Shown in pieces: positions 1 to 11,777 of a DNA stretch of 64,000 nucleotides (its first letter is position 1; the number at the start of each line of letters is the position of its first letter). Below the pieces are notes generated by a model. It did no database searches, was not told the DNA's origin, and saw nothing but the letters and a program-made list of their open reading frames with translations. Origin of the DNA: Tilletiaria anomala UBC 951 (Eukaryota); contig NW_013547013.1 of NCBI RefSeq assembly GCF_000711695.1, positions 1 through 64,000 of the forward strand. The letters run 5' to 3'. The position numbers and the translations under genes were made by a program.

Positions 1-205
1 GCCGTTGAGTGTACCGAGCTTTGCGCCGCCGGCGCGCAGCAGCGTCGCGCTCTGGTTGACGAGTAGCATGTTGCACGAGAATGACATGGAGCTCAGCATG
101 CGCAGCACAGTTGCCAGCAGGACCAGCAGCGAGATGCACGCTTGCGCCACCGGGGACAGCAGCTCGGCTACCTTCCTCCTGCCGCCGTCTTCACACTTGC
201 AGTAT
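1..205 (-). pseudogene. Fragment resembling the C-terminal half of an MFS transporter; runs off the window edge, and no upstream exons are recognisable
   Basis: The minus strand reads ...VAQACISLLVLLATVLRMLSSMSFSCNMLLVNQSATLLRAGGAKLGTLNG: a hydrophobic helix followed by the 'LLVN..A....LGTLNG' pattern of fungal MFS drug:H+ antiporter-like proteins. An in-frame TGA lies just upstream, followed by AT-richer non-coding-looking DNA. Confidence 0.45.
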
Positions 206-1424
206 CTTCATTCTTGCCATGACTCAAAAACTGTGCTGTCAGAGAGGAATTACTCAAGGTGAGCCATGATAGTCCGTCATTAAGTAGAAAGGCATTAATT
301 AGATGAGGCTCAGTTTCCTGCTTCAACTCAAGGATATACCTGAATTCAAATGGATGACTCTGTAAAAGTTAATCAGTAAAGCTAATGAGCCTCTTCTATG
401 GCGTCAATGAGCATCTGTGTCCTAAAGGAATGTTAATGCCGAGCCTTCAAACCCTGTAGAAAACTGGAACTTGACGGACGCACAGCTCTGGGATCAAGGA
501 ATAGGACGAATGGCCAATATTGCTCGCGCCAGTGCGAGGTTGTCCGAGAAAGATCTTGCCAAGCCATTTAATTCACATGGGGGACACGAAGAGCAGATAG
601 GGAAGGGCTGTCGTAGAGTGTAAGGGCCACAGGGACAAAGTGCATCTTGTACAAGGATAAGGCACAGAAGTTGCAAGTAGTGGAAGTGAAGCCAAAAGTG
701 CAAAGGTTGCTAGGGGTACACTCTGAGAAGCCGCCAAAAAGTCGAACCTAACGGGGGCTGGTGCCATTGCCAAGGTGACAGAATGGTACCAGGCAAACCT
801 ATATGGTGAATAAAGCAATAGCCCGTTTACCCGATTCACAGAAGAGATGGCGAATGAGAGATGGTGCGATCAAATGGACCTAAGTGCCATAACAGAAGAC
901 GCAGGGAAGACGTAGAACCTGACAGCCGAGACGAAAGCGTCGACACCACACCCGAAGACCTGCAGCGGTGTGCATAAGCGCCACAGCACAGTGACGTGGC
1001 CCCGCAGGCAAAGGCCGCCAATTGCGGAGGCTGGGTGAAGAACAACCCTACAGATATTGTGCATTTACATACATCCCACTGACTCACTGGCCCACGCCGA
1101 TGGAGAGAGTCCGAAACTCCGAGCAAGGCGATTCGCGAAGAAAGACCCCTTTAGGGATGTGACGGCTTGATGTGCGACCCCTTCCCGGGAGGCTGGTGCT
1201 CTGGCGTGTGTCCGATCCCGAGTCATTGTGTGCGACATGATTTTGATTGATGAGCCTCTCTCATCTTCAATGAACGAGCAATCGCATCCTGGATATGGCA
1301 ATGGAACCAGCCGAGAACAGGTTTCGTTGTGTGGTACATATGCACCGTGGTCCTCCGTTGCTCTACGGGCTATGGCGAATCCAGCTGGATGGAGACGGGA
1401 GTAAGGGACGGTGGATAGATAGAT

Positions 1425-1475
1425 GTGTGGATGGAGGGATGGAGGGAGGGATGGAGGGAGGGATGAATGGATGGG
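1425..1475 (+). repeat. Purine-rich (GGAT/GGAG)n microsatellite with a G-quadruplex pattern
   Basis: gatggagggatggagggagggatggagggagggatgaatggatgg contains five GGG runs separated by 1-5 nt loops. Confidence 0.7.
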
Positions 1476-2585
1476 CCGGGTGATGGCAGATGGAGCTATG
1501 AACACGATGAGGTTGCAAAAAGCTGCAAAGGCGTCCGCCTGCCGCCAGTCGCGTGCGCGCAACAGAGAAGACGGAAAGGAGAGGGACCGACTTCCAGTTT
1601 CCACCAAAGCCGTTAAACGTTTCCAGAACGGAAAGTGTAAGATGTCGAGAGGCTGGCGGTGATCATCGCTGCTCTGATGTGGAGGACCCGCGCCTGTAAG
1701 ACAATAAACCTTGTTGTGACCGGCGATACCATACATTCAATTATGGGGAGGACAGGGGTACCCTCGCTCGGCTCGGCAATCCGACGTGACTTTCGAGTAT
1801 CGGGACACATACACATTCACAATACACTGGCGCAGTGCACCGCCGCTCATATCATAATACCCAGCTATAGTAAGCAATCGAATGCATAATAGCATTATCA
1901 TATGCCTTACAGAGCGTACCATAGCACTGACCAACGCCAGTCCCACCTCATTTCTTCTCATCTCAGCATCCTCCTCGCTGATAACGCTCCCGCCCCTCGT
2001 ACTGCCCATCATTCGAAGCGTGAACGCATCCACGACGACGAGCGCTCTGTACTGCGTGCGCTGTTGGATCAGGCGTCTGTGCTCACAGAGATGAAAAGCG
2101 TAGCTGGTCCCAAGTCCCTTCGCCTTGATCTTCGTCGACCGTTGCGACACTCTCTTGTACTGTGTACACAACACCAGAACCCGAGCATTTGGATCCCTAC
2201 ACAACCAAAATAACACACTGCAATATCAGCACATGACACGGGCGAGCATCACGTCAACACCTTTCGCTGCGTGAACATGGCGACAAGGTAGCAGGCTAGA
2301 CACGTGTGCAGGTTGAGTTTGCTGGCACGGCAAGACAGGTCGTTCGCCACACCAAGCCCGCAACACACTGGCGTTCATGTGAGTGACAATTGTCGTCATT
2401 GTCGTCGCCACCATCCTCGCTCGTTCTCCACTCTCTAATACGCCGCCAAACTGTCTACCTCTCTCCTCGAATGCTTGCTTGCTTGACCGATCAGCATCCT
2501 AGGCGCCACAGCATTCACATCTGAACCACGTCCAAGGACCGCCAGTTGCAGATTGTGGAGTGAGGGAGTGCAAACATCCCCAAAA

Positions 2586-5500
2586 ATGCCATCACAACGT
2601 ATGGGCGGATGGCGCGAGCCGACAGAGGCGGACTTGGAGATCAAGGAGTCGCAGCTCATCACTCGGCCGTCACCATGCGCGGTGACGGCCGCGGCGGTGA
2701 CATCCGCAGATCCTGCGGCCGATGCGCGAAATCCAACCACGAACACCGCTACAGCCGCCGCCAAAGCGACGGCGTCTCCTCACTTGCCGCACCCGCACAA
2801 GTCGCCGTTAAGACCACGCCGAGTCTCCGGATCGGCGTTCTCTGCGCTGGGCTTGAGGATACGAAGCTCTTTCTCTGGCGGTGGTGGTGACGGACAGGGC
2901 GGTTCGAACACTCCTCGCGCGCCCACGCCCGCGCCACCCGGCGCCTTTCCAGGCAATGGTGACAACCGCAATGCAGGAGCAGGTGCGGGATCAGTTGTAG
3001 AAACAGGAGCTATCAGCAGTGCCCGAAGAGGCTCGGCGCCTGCCGCATCTACGTACGAGACTGCCGACCCTAGTGGCACACGCGCTGCTGCATCATCGCC
3101 CGGTCTGTCGATTTCGGAGGCGAATGGTGCTGCCGTGGGAGACAGTCTCCTCGGCAATGGAGAGAGCATGAACGCTAACAGATTGGTACCAGGCTTACCC
3201 GAGCTAGACATATCCAGCCGCAATCCGCTCCTACGAAGCGTCTCGCACCTGGCCAAGGACGCACCGTCTCAATCGCAACTGCTCGGCCCTGTCACCAGCG
3301 GAGCAGGTGGCGGCGGCCGCTGCGATACCGAGAGGCTGCGCTTGCAGCGCACACGCAGTGCAGCACCGTTACTCTTCCTCCCGGGATCTGGAACATCAGT
3401 ATCAGCAGCAGCAGAAGAGGGGCAGGGCCGTAGGGGAGGCGAAGGGCTGCCACCAGACTCGGAACCGCCGCCGTACCAGGTCCGTGCGGCGTCCATGGAC
3501 GGCCGCACCCTGAGTGGCGGCGGTGTATGGTCAGTAACTACGACGCCGAGTGTCAGCAGCAAGGGCATCGTCTTCACGTCTCCGTTCACTGGTATGAGGC
3601 TCAGAAAGAACAGCACTCTTTCTGTCGGCGACAGTAGCGGGGAGAGGGCCGCGATGCGAAGACCGTCGCTGCCGTCGCTGCTTTCGGGAGGCAAGTCGCG
3701 CAGCAACAGCAATCGTGGAACAAGCGCTTCCATTGCCAACCTGCGCGCGAGTAGTGCTGCTGCTGCGGAGCTGCTCACAACGACATTGTCGAAGGAAACT
3801 GGCAGAAGTGATTTTACTCCCTCTTCAACCTCTAGGACTATCACTGGTGGCGGCGGCAGGAGAAGCAGTGGAAGCGGCGCATCGACATCGACGTCGATGT
3901 CGCCTACGCTTCCTCGCCTTCTGCCTGGCTCGTCGACCGGCGCTGCACGCGCCAGCTCCGATCTCGGCCGCTTCGCCACCGGCAACCAGAGCCGCGATTC
4001 GCTGGTTGGTGGTGGGGGTGCCGCTTCGATTGCGGCGCCCTCCTCATTTGGGCCTCCTTCGTTGGCCTTGTCGGCAGCAGCAGCAACACCAGCGGCGCCG
4101 GCATCCAGGCGACCGTCGTTCGTGCGCGGAGGCGGTGGCACGAGTCTCGACGAGATCAGGGAGGGCCTTCCGAGCACGATGGCGGCGAGTCTCGAGGAGG
4201 AAGCGGCAGGTGCGCACTTGGATGATGCAGAGAGCGATGCCCCTGAGCGCATTCTTATCGGGGATCGGGAGGAGGATGAGGGGGGGAATGGAGACGGATA
4301 CGGAGATACGGGAAGCGTCATCGAGCACACGATGCACGAGGCCGGCGTACCCTCTTCCTCCATCCACCGCGCGGCGCTGCAAGCGCAGCACCGGGCATCA
4401 ACTTCGATCGCTCCCGCCTGTCCCTCTGTTTCTGGCTCTGGCCTCAGAAGCCGGATGAGGAAGTGGGCCATGTCCTCCGACGCGCTCAGCGGTCCATCCG
4501 TGCTTGCTAGTCGCAACAACGCCAGAGCTAGCGCCAACGTGTGGCAAGCGGGCCGGAAGAGTTTCGATGGCAGCGGTTCGGGCGCGAGGAACGGTCAGCA
4601 GTGCCGCAATGGGGGTGAATCGGAAGAGCTGCCCATCGACCAGCACGATCGCCGCGCGTCTTTGCTCCTGCTTTGGCCATTCGGCAAACGCTCCTCGCAG
4701 CACCTGCCCCGGTCGCCACTTGCGCACCCGGCCTCGGCTTCGGACAAGGCATCCGACACCGCGGCAACGCCTCGCAGCGCGAGTACGAGCGCAGGAGGTA
4801 GTGACGCAGCGGTAGGGGCAGGAGTAGATGGAGGACGGCTGGAGGCGCCAAATGCGCGGATTGGCGGCAGTGGATTGGCCGGGCAAGGCACTTTCTCTGG
4901 GCTCATGCGCAGTGCATTCAAGAGCAAGCGTACTGCGAGTGGACCCACGCGCGCAGTACATTCGCCTCCGCGGCCGCAGCAGAAGCAGCAGCAGCCATCA
5001 CCGTCGACTTCGCCGCCTACGCCGGTACGAAACCGTGCGCCGATGAGCTGCGATGCTTCGCTTCGTGGCGACGTTGCTGTGCCCGTGAGGACCGCGGCAA
5101 CGGTTTCGCCTGCGGCCACGTTTGTGCCAGGTGAAGCACCCATCGCCTCATCTACTAGACCGCCCGCCATTTCCGCTACCTCTCTCGAGGCCGAGCAGGC
5201 CAGTTCGCGTCCGCGCGCGAGCGCTGCGCGCCCTTCGATGGCACTGACCTGGGTCGACCGCGTCTCGCTGAATGATATGGACTTACAGCGATCACAATCT
5301 GCTTCCGGCAGCAGCAACGCTTCGTCCCAGTCTGACTCGGCTGCCACGCCCGCTAGTCCGACATCTGCTTTCCACCCCACATCGCCCAACACACCTGCGC
5401 TCGCCAAGGCTGACACCGCGGATGAGGCGCTAGTGCAGAGAGCGGGAAGCAGCAGCGGAAGCATCGCAGAGGGCCTTCTGGGTGCATCGGCTGCCGCTCC

Positions 5501-7839
5501 AGATGTCATGCCTGCACATGTGCATGTACATTCCCGAACTGACGTCATATCTGTTGCAGGAGTTTCGGGTGCTTCACAGCCTGCGAGCGCACCAGAAGTA
5601 GCTCCAATCGAAGCTTTGAGCGGCAGTGCTGGCGCGAATGTCCATGGTATTTGCAATGGCAACAGTATCAACAGCCGGCAATTGAGTGGCAGAGCGAGTC
5701 AAAGTGAGGTTCGCCACCTTCCGCGCCTCAACTCGATGCGCGCTGTTTCAAACGGGCCAAGCTCTATGCCCTCTGGTGGCGATGGCGAAGACAGCGACCA
5801 CGATGGGCATCAGAGCGGCAATAACGTCGGCTACGACTATGACGAGAGCGGCGATCTTACCACCGATGATGAGGAAGAAGTCTCCGAAAGCGAGCATGAC
5901 GAGAGCAGGGAACCTGCGAGAGATTTGCAAGTCAGACCTGGACACTTGTCTATCCCCCCCGCCCCCAGGTTTGCAAGCTTCGGCGGTGTGCAGTTTCCGG
6001 GCAATCTTGGCAGGGAAAGCTGGGTCGCGTTCAACGGCGCCACGCCTAGTCTCTGTGGCACCCCTACCCCGGACATGGCAGCACCATATCCATCACAAGC
6101 CACACCGGTTGCCAACCGCAACCAGTCCTACTTTTCTGTCATTCCTCCGCCCCCATCAGCACAGACGAAAATATTGGCAGAGGACGGTGGCCCGCCCCCT
6201 TCGCCGAGCGTCATCACGCGCTCGCGCCCGCCTCCTTGGGCTACGATAAGGTCAGCATCGCGTACGGGCGCCCCCGCCATTTGGCGTGTGTCCTCAAGTG
6301 ACGTGTCCACAATGCCACCTTCGACGTTCGACAGCATCACCAAGCCCACCGTGACAGCGCCGAGCCCGTCGGTTGCCAATGGGAAGGTGACCATGCTAGC
6401 TGCTTCTACTGCTGCCATCAATCGGGGTCGCCCCTCGACGTCTGGCGAGGTTGCTTCTCGTCCAGACTTCATCAGCCACTCTTCAACTTCCATGACGCTG
6501 CAACAGCAAAGGAATCTACTTGCGTCTCGCGGAGACAAGCGTGCCGACAAACGCCGCGAGATGTCCGTTGCAGAAGCTCCAGCAAGCACTACATCGAGAT
6601 TGAATTTGTACCACCAGATGTCCCGCTCCTTGATCGACCTGAGCACCGCTGCTGACCGGCGAATGGACATCGATGTGGCGGAGCCGCAAATGGTAAAGAA
6701 GGCAGACTTTCAACTCAAGATACCCGAGACAACCCTCATTGCGCCTGCGAACGAAAACCCGCCAGGCGGTATCATTGCCCAGAGGCCAGGGCTGCAGCGT
6801 CGCTGCTCAATGTTCGAAATTCGCCAGGAGCCTCCGCCATACTCGATTCTGCATTGGCGGCCGGAAGGTCCGCAGGTCATCTACCCACGAGAGGAGGAAG
6901 GAAAGGAGAAACTACCGCAGTATGGCTGCCACGTCCACATCGAAGGCTATCTGCCGCGCAAGATGGAGTTCAGTTCGCCAGGTGTGCAGGCAAGAGACCG
7001 CAGCTGGCGCCGACTCTACTTTGTTCTCCATGGCACCATGCTCCGTGTCTACAGGCAGGATCTCTCTTCGGTGCATAAAGGTATGCAGTGGGGCGATATG
7101 TCCGGCGTGCATGTGCATCCAAAACCCATTAACGAGGACGACTCACCAGCTGGTGGGCTCGCCTCGGCCAGGGATGCCATGTCGAGTTTGCACATCGGTC
7201 ATTCCAATCACTTCAAGCATCAGCCGCTACGGACGTACACGATGCAAGGCGCCGAATCAGGACTTGCAGCGGATTACCTCAAGCGTCGACACGTGGTTCG
7301 TGTCCGAGCTGAAGGAGAGCAGTTTTTGCTACAGACAAAGGACGACCGGCACGTCGTGGATTGGATCGAGGCTTTGCAAGCCGCCACCAACGTAGCGATG
7401 GATCTCGAGACCAGGCCAAGTATGTTGCAGTGAATGAGACTCTCAACCATTGTCCTTTTGTGCTGATTCAAAGTCTCATTCTTCTTATGCACCATCACCA
7501 GTGCCCAAATTTATCACATTACCCCGAAGACGTCGGCGAAGGAGGCACAATCCAGACGGCACAGCCGCGTCGCCGACAACTGAGCGCGAAGCAGCAGACC
7601 TGGCCGAAGCGCAGCGGCGCTCATTGGCCGACCAGAATGGCTCTGTGGCGGCGACGACGGCCGGCGCAAGTGGCCGGCGCAGCAGAGACGAAGTCAACGC
7701 TGCATTCAATCTGATGATCAGCGAGGTGGGTGGAAGGCTCGCTCGCGTTTGGCTCCACACAGATCTGACCGTCTTTTTGCTCTCATTCACGCAGGACCAA
7801 GAAAATATGATGTCCACGCGTCAGGCATCGGTAATCTGA
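2586..7839 (+). CDS. Large (~1700 aa) protein with a low-complexity N-terminus and a C-terminal PH domain (yeast Yhr131c/Ynl144c-like), carrying PPxY motifs
   Basis: ATG 2586; introns 7420-7501 and 7726-7794; stop TGA 7837-7839. PH-like block: LPQY..HIEGYLPRKMEF...RSWRRLYFVLHGTML...YTMQGAESGLAADYLKRRHVVRVRAEGEQFLLQ...VVDWIEALQAA, followed by MPKFITLPRRRRRRR. Confidence 0.85.
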
Positions 7840-8452
7840 TTAACGCAAGATGGTCAATTGCTACGATCGACATACAACATTTATCGTACACGGATGTACA
7901 TTCATCTTGGCTTGCATTTATCATTCAAGGTATGCTAGGCGCTAGGCGCCAGACCGTCTTGGGCGACGGATAATTGCATCGCACCACTCGTGCCATTTCC
8001 TTCCACGATTTTCGCTCGAATCATCCAGCCGCAGTCACTACGATTGGGTTTTGGTGTATGCATATTACAGACGGCATTCGTCGCACACCCTTTTTATACA
8101 ACAGACACTGTATTACTAGCACATCGCCTGTTTGCTTCTATTAGCATTGAAGTTTGATTTCGCCTACCTTCGAGCGTGCCTGTTAGTCCCGGGACGCGCT
8201 CAACGCTCTCGAGCAGGCAATTGCGGTGAAGCATTAAAACTCGTTGGGGACTGTAGGCTAGCGTACAGTGGGGTCGAAGAGCTTAAAACAGGCGCGGGCT
8301 TCCGGGGCTCCACTCAGAACTCCTTCGTCTATTTTGCACCGCCCCTTAGAGAGCTAACGATGTAATCAGCTTCCCAGTTCCTTTAACTACATGCTCTTGC
8401 TTTCATCGACGAGTACGGATCGCGAAAATAGCGTCCACTTCCCAGCGGCGTT

Positions 8453-8590
8453 TCATAATTTCGAGGCTGACTTGGCGCTGAACAGGCCTTGGGCGTCCTT
8501 GATCAATTGCCATGTCTTGGCGTCGATGGCATCCCCTTTGCTATCATTGACACCGCTGCCAGCAGCATTTGCTACTGCTGCATAAGACAT
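8453..8590 (-). CDS. Candidate 45-aa microprotein with a C-terminal peroxisomal targeting signal (SKL)
   Basis: ATG at 8590 with A at -3; MSYAAVANAAGSGVNDSKGDAIDAKTWQLIKDAQGLFSAKSASKL*; TATATA about 285 nt upstream; lies in an otherwise empty 1.7-kb intergenic gap. Confidence 0.4.
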   Translation of the reverse strand: MSYAAVANAAGSGVNDSKGDAIDAKTWQLIKDAQGLFSAKSASKL

Positions 8591-9599
8591 CGTAGTGTAG
8601 CTTATGATTTTATGTTGAAGAGACAACTGCTTGGCGCTGATGACGCTGAGCCTTAAGCAGCTAACGAGGAGAACGGTGCTGTTGGAAGCCAGCGATACGG
8701 CGAACGACGTCGATGGTGCTGCGAGCACGAGCGGACCTCGACGGAGAAACACATGCGTGCGCGTTTTCACTGTCAATAAAACGTGTTTGAAAAGGGTAAA
8801 TTAAAAGGCAGCGAACGGCCTGATGAAGATGGATGCAAGACGGAACGACAAGCAGAGTCGAACCTAGATGTATATATCGACGCATTCGCAAGCTGCTTCA
8901 AATGGTGTATATGTTGTCCCCACCGTCAGCCTCGCAAGTCGAGAAGATGAGCCGGTCCTTGGCATTGAAGAGGGAAAGGTTATTGTATAATGGCCACGCC
9001 GTTACCTGAGAGCGCGCGGGGCTGAGTGCATACCTGGTACGGCAACGGGATGATCAGCACGAAGCACAACCCACAGAACGTCGGCCACAACGCAATTGAT
9101 CACCACTCGACATCGCACAGAGTCACAGGCGTGATTTCTCACATGCCACATCTCTCAGCGCGGTGTATTCATTGCTCTTCGTCCAGCCATCCGCTCCACC
9201 CTCACCAACTTAGGGGTTGGCTTGGACCCACCGAGGAGCGCAGCTACCTAAGACGACCCGGGACGGTGGGAGTTAGCGACGAACGTGATGATGTCAACGT
9301 AGCAGCAAAGAGAGTCGATTATATAAGCCTCGTATGCCAAGGGAGGGAAGTCGCCGGAAAGTCGCCGAGATCCTCCCACTTCGAACGCCCCGCGGCACCG
9401 GCTGTCGGCTTTCATCTCGACGGCAATCTTGGGGCAGCTGGTACACCAGGCTCGGATACGTCTCCTCTTGGACTGTGAATATCGGCTCTCAAAGCGACCG
9501 CATTGAGGCGCAATATCTTGGGTTCAAATCGCATGGTGGACAAACCACATCCTTCGCTAAATTAGATCGAGCAGCTCCGTTAACAAAGCCCCTGGCAAG

Positions 9600-10932
9600 A
9601 TGCAGATCAAGGGTCCGTCTTCCCATGCCTCGCGCGGCGCTCGGTTGACACATACTAACCTGAGCCGCTTCGCTTCGCTCGGCTCTTCTTTCCAGACCGA
9701 CTGTTCTACATCACTGGCGCCGCATCAGGCCTAGGCGCTGCATCTGCCCGCTTGTTGCACTCCAAGGGTGCGTACGTCGCGCTCTTGGACATCAACCTGC
9801 CCGCCGTGCAAGCGCTCGCAAGGGAGCTCGGCTCTGGCCGTGCACACGCCGCGCAGGTCGATGTGTGTAGCGAGAAAGATGTACAGGATGCGATTGACGA
9901 GTGCGATAGATTCTGGAAGAACAATAATCCCGTAGTTGGTGGTGTACTAAATGCCGGAGGTGTTGGAATAGCGGGCAAGATACTCAACCAGGATGGGGAG
10001 CCATTTGATCTCGATACATACAAGACCGTCATCGATATCAATGTGAGCACCCCGCAGGCTACCTGGCAACTGTCCCAGTGTATCTATTGCTGAGCGCATA
10101 CCACATTCCAATTGCCCTTCGCAGCTGATTGGGACATTTAACGTCTCGCGTCTTGTAGCTGCGCGTATTGTCCGGGACGTGCGCAAGCCGATACAGAAAG
10201 CGGATGAACATACGTCAGATCGAGGCGTCATCATCAACACAGCATCCGCCGCTGCACTGGAAGGACAAGCTGGCCAAGCGGCATACTCAGCGTCCAAAGG
10301 TGGGGTGCTCGCCATGGGCCTGCCGCTCGCAAGAGACTTAGCGTGGTATGGGATCAGGGTCATGACTCTGGCACCTGCTTTGGTGTGTTTGACTTGCTTC
10401 TTTCGATGCTCCGGCCGTGTGGTTCGAAGCCTGACGCAGCCGTATCTTATCATCAAAAGTTTTCAACAGCCATGACGGATACACTTCCAGACAGGGGTAT
10501 GCGTTTGACTACACTGCAAAACCTTTTCAATGCCTCTGACCCATCTTCGTCCTGCGTTCAACAGCCAAAGCCAAAATCCTGCAAAGTGCAGAGTTCCCCG
10601 TCAGATTCGGAAGGTGAGTCTTCCATGCCTGTTCTGCTATCGTGCGCGGCTCGCGTGGGTATTGCGACGGTCTTGAAACCGAGCTGACCGATGCCTGGCG
10701 GTATGCGCGCTGGCATCATTCAGACCCGATGAATTCGCCCATGCCGTAGTGGCGATCATCGAAAACGAAATGATGGTGAGTGCTTGCTGAGTCGAGTGTG
10801 TGGGCGTGCGACCAAGGGGATGGACCAGCTTGTGACATCGGCTGATCGTGCGATCGCTGGCGATCTATTGTCTTTTTGCAGAACGGATCCTACATCCGAT
10901 TGGATGGCGCAACTAGATTGGGAAAACTATGA
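9600..10932 (+). CDS. Short-chain dehydrogenase/reductase, 3-hydroxyacyl-CoA dehydrogenase type-2 (HSD17B10)-like, ~268 aa
   Basis: 7 exons (introns 9613-9695, 10043-10124, 10383-10459, 10497-10564, 10614-10723, 10776-10881). Motifs: [42 protein letters not shown] (YxxxK), [28 protein letters not shown]. Confidence 0.93.
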
Positions 10933-11063
10933 TACATTATATAGGTACTTAAAATTGCATTTGCAAAGGGTCGGTCATCGTATAGCTACATTACATCGTC
11001 CTGGGTCTTGGACGGCGGGGAGCGGTGAGGTGTGCGCCGGTATTGACGTATTTCATGGCCCGA

Positions 11064-11777
11064 TTAGAGGTCGTCAGCGCCACCAGTTGCGGCACCCATG
11101 GCCTGTCTCAGTCGCCCGAAGCGTTTTTCTCGCGTCGCATGTGCGTCCGCAGTAGCAGCGCTGGGATCGTCCGTGTGGCTTTCATCCTTGCCGTCTCGCA
11201 TATTGTAGTACGCTCCACGCCCTTGCAGCAAGTCGAACATTGCCTGCAGGTCCTCTGAGCTGAGATCCTCGACGGGTAGGCCGTCGCCTCCGCTTCCGCC
11301 TTCCGCTTCATTCCCTCCGATGACGTCGCGCAGTTCCGTACGAAGGTCCACCAGCTTCTCCCGAGCGCGCTTCAGCCTCTCCGCCGCGCTTTGGTCCTTG
11401 GAGAGCGGGACGGAGTGCCCAGTGGCTGCCTTCTTGGCGACGCGCGCCTTCCACTGCGACGAGTCGTACTGCAGTGCATCACCTTCCACTCGGTCGCTTT
11501 GCAGAAGCGCGGTGAGCGAATCTGTAAGCTTGGACAGCCCCCCACGGCCTCCGTCCAACGCCGTAGCAATTTGGAAGGGCATCGTTCCACGTGCGTAGAA
11601 GCGGTAGGCTTGCAGTGCAAGTAGGCTGCATGTTGTGGCGAGAAGAACGAGCAAGAGCGTGCGCAGCCGCACGTTCCCTTCGCTGCTGCTGTTGCTGCAA
11701 TCTTTGTTTGTCTGCCGCCACCCGCCCTCGCCTGTCAGCGCCGCTCTGTTGCGCTTTCTCGCGCTTGTGGACGGCAT
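11064..11777 (-). CDS. Hypothetical single-pass membrane protein (237 aa) with a coiled-coil segment
   Basis: Intronless ATG-to-TGA ORF with GC-rich coding-like composition. Basic N-terminus, one hydrophobic segment (LLLVLLATTCSLLAL), a helical ERLKRAREKLVDLRTEL stretch, and C-terminal ADDL. Confidence 0.65.
   Translation of the reverse strand: MPSTSARKRNRAALTGEGGWRQTNKDCSNSSSEGNVRLRTLLLVLLATTCSLLALQAYRFYARGTMPFQIATALDGGRGGLSKLTDSLTALLQSDRVEGDALQYDSSQWKARVAKKAATGHSVPLSKDQSAAERLKRAREKLVDLRTELRDVIGGNEAEGGSGGDGLPVEDLSSEDLQAMFDLLQGRGAYYNMRDGKDESHTDDPSAATADAHATREKRFGRLRQAMGAATGGADDL

Noticed and set aside
490..840. Cys-rich minus-strand stretch (LCPCG...CSSCP) resembling a LINE C-terminal zinc motif
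   Set aside because: No RT or endonuclease remnants nearby and the spacing is imperfect; too weak to call.
3269..6670. Long minus-strand ORFs (422, 358 and 180 aa) within the PH gene
   Set aside because: Antisense shadows of GC-rich coding sequence, with no motifs and mostly non-ATG starts.
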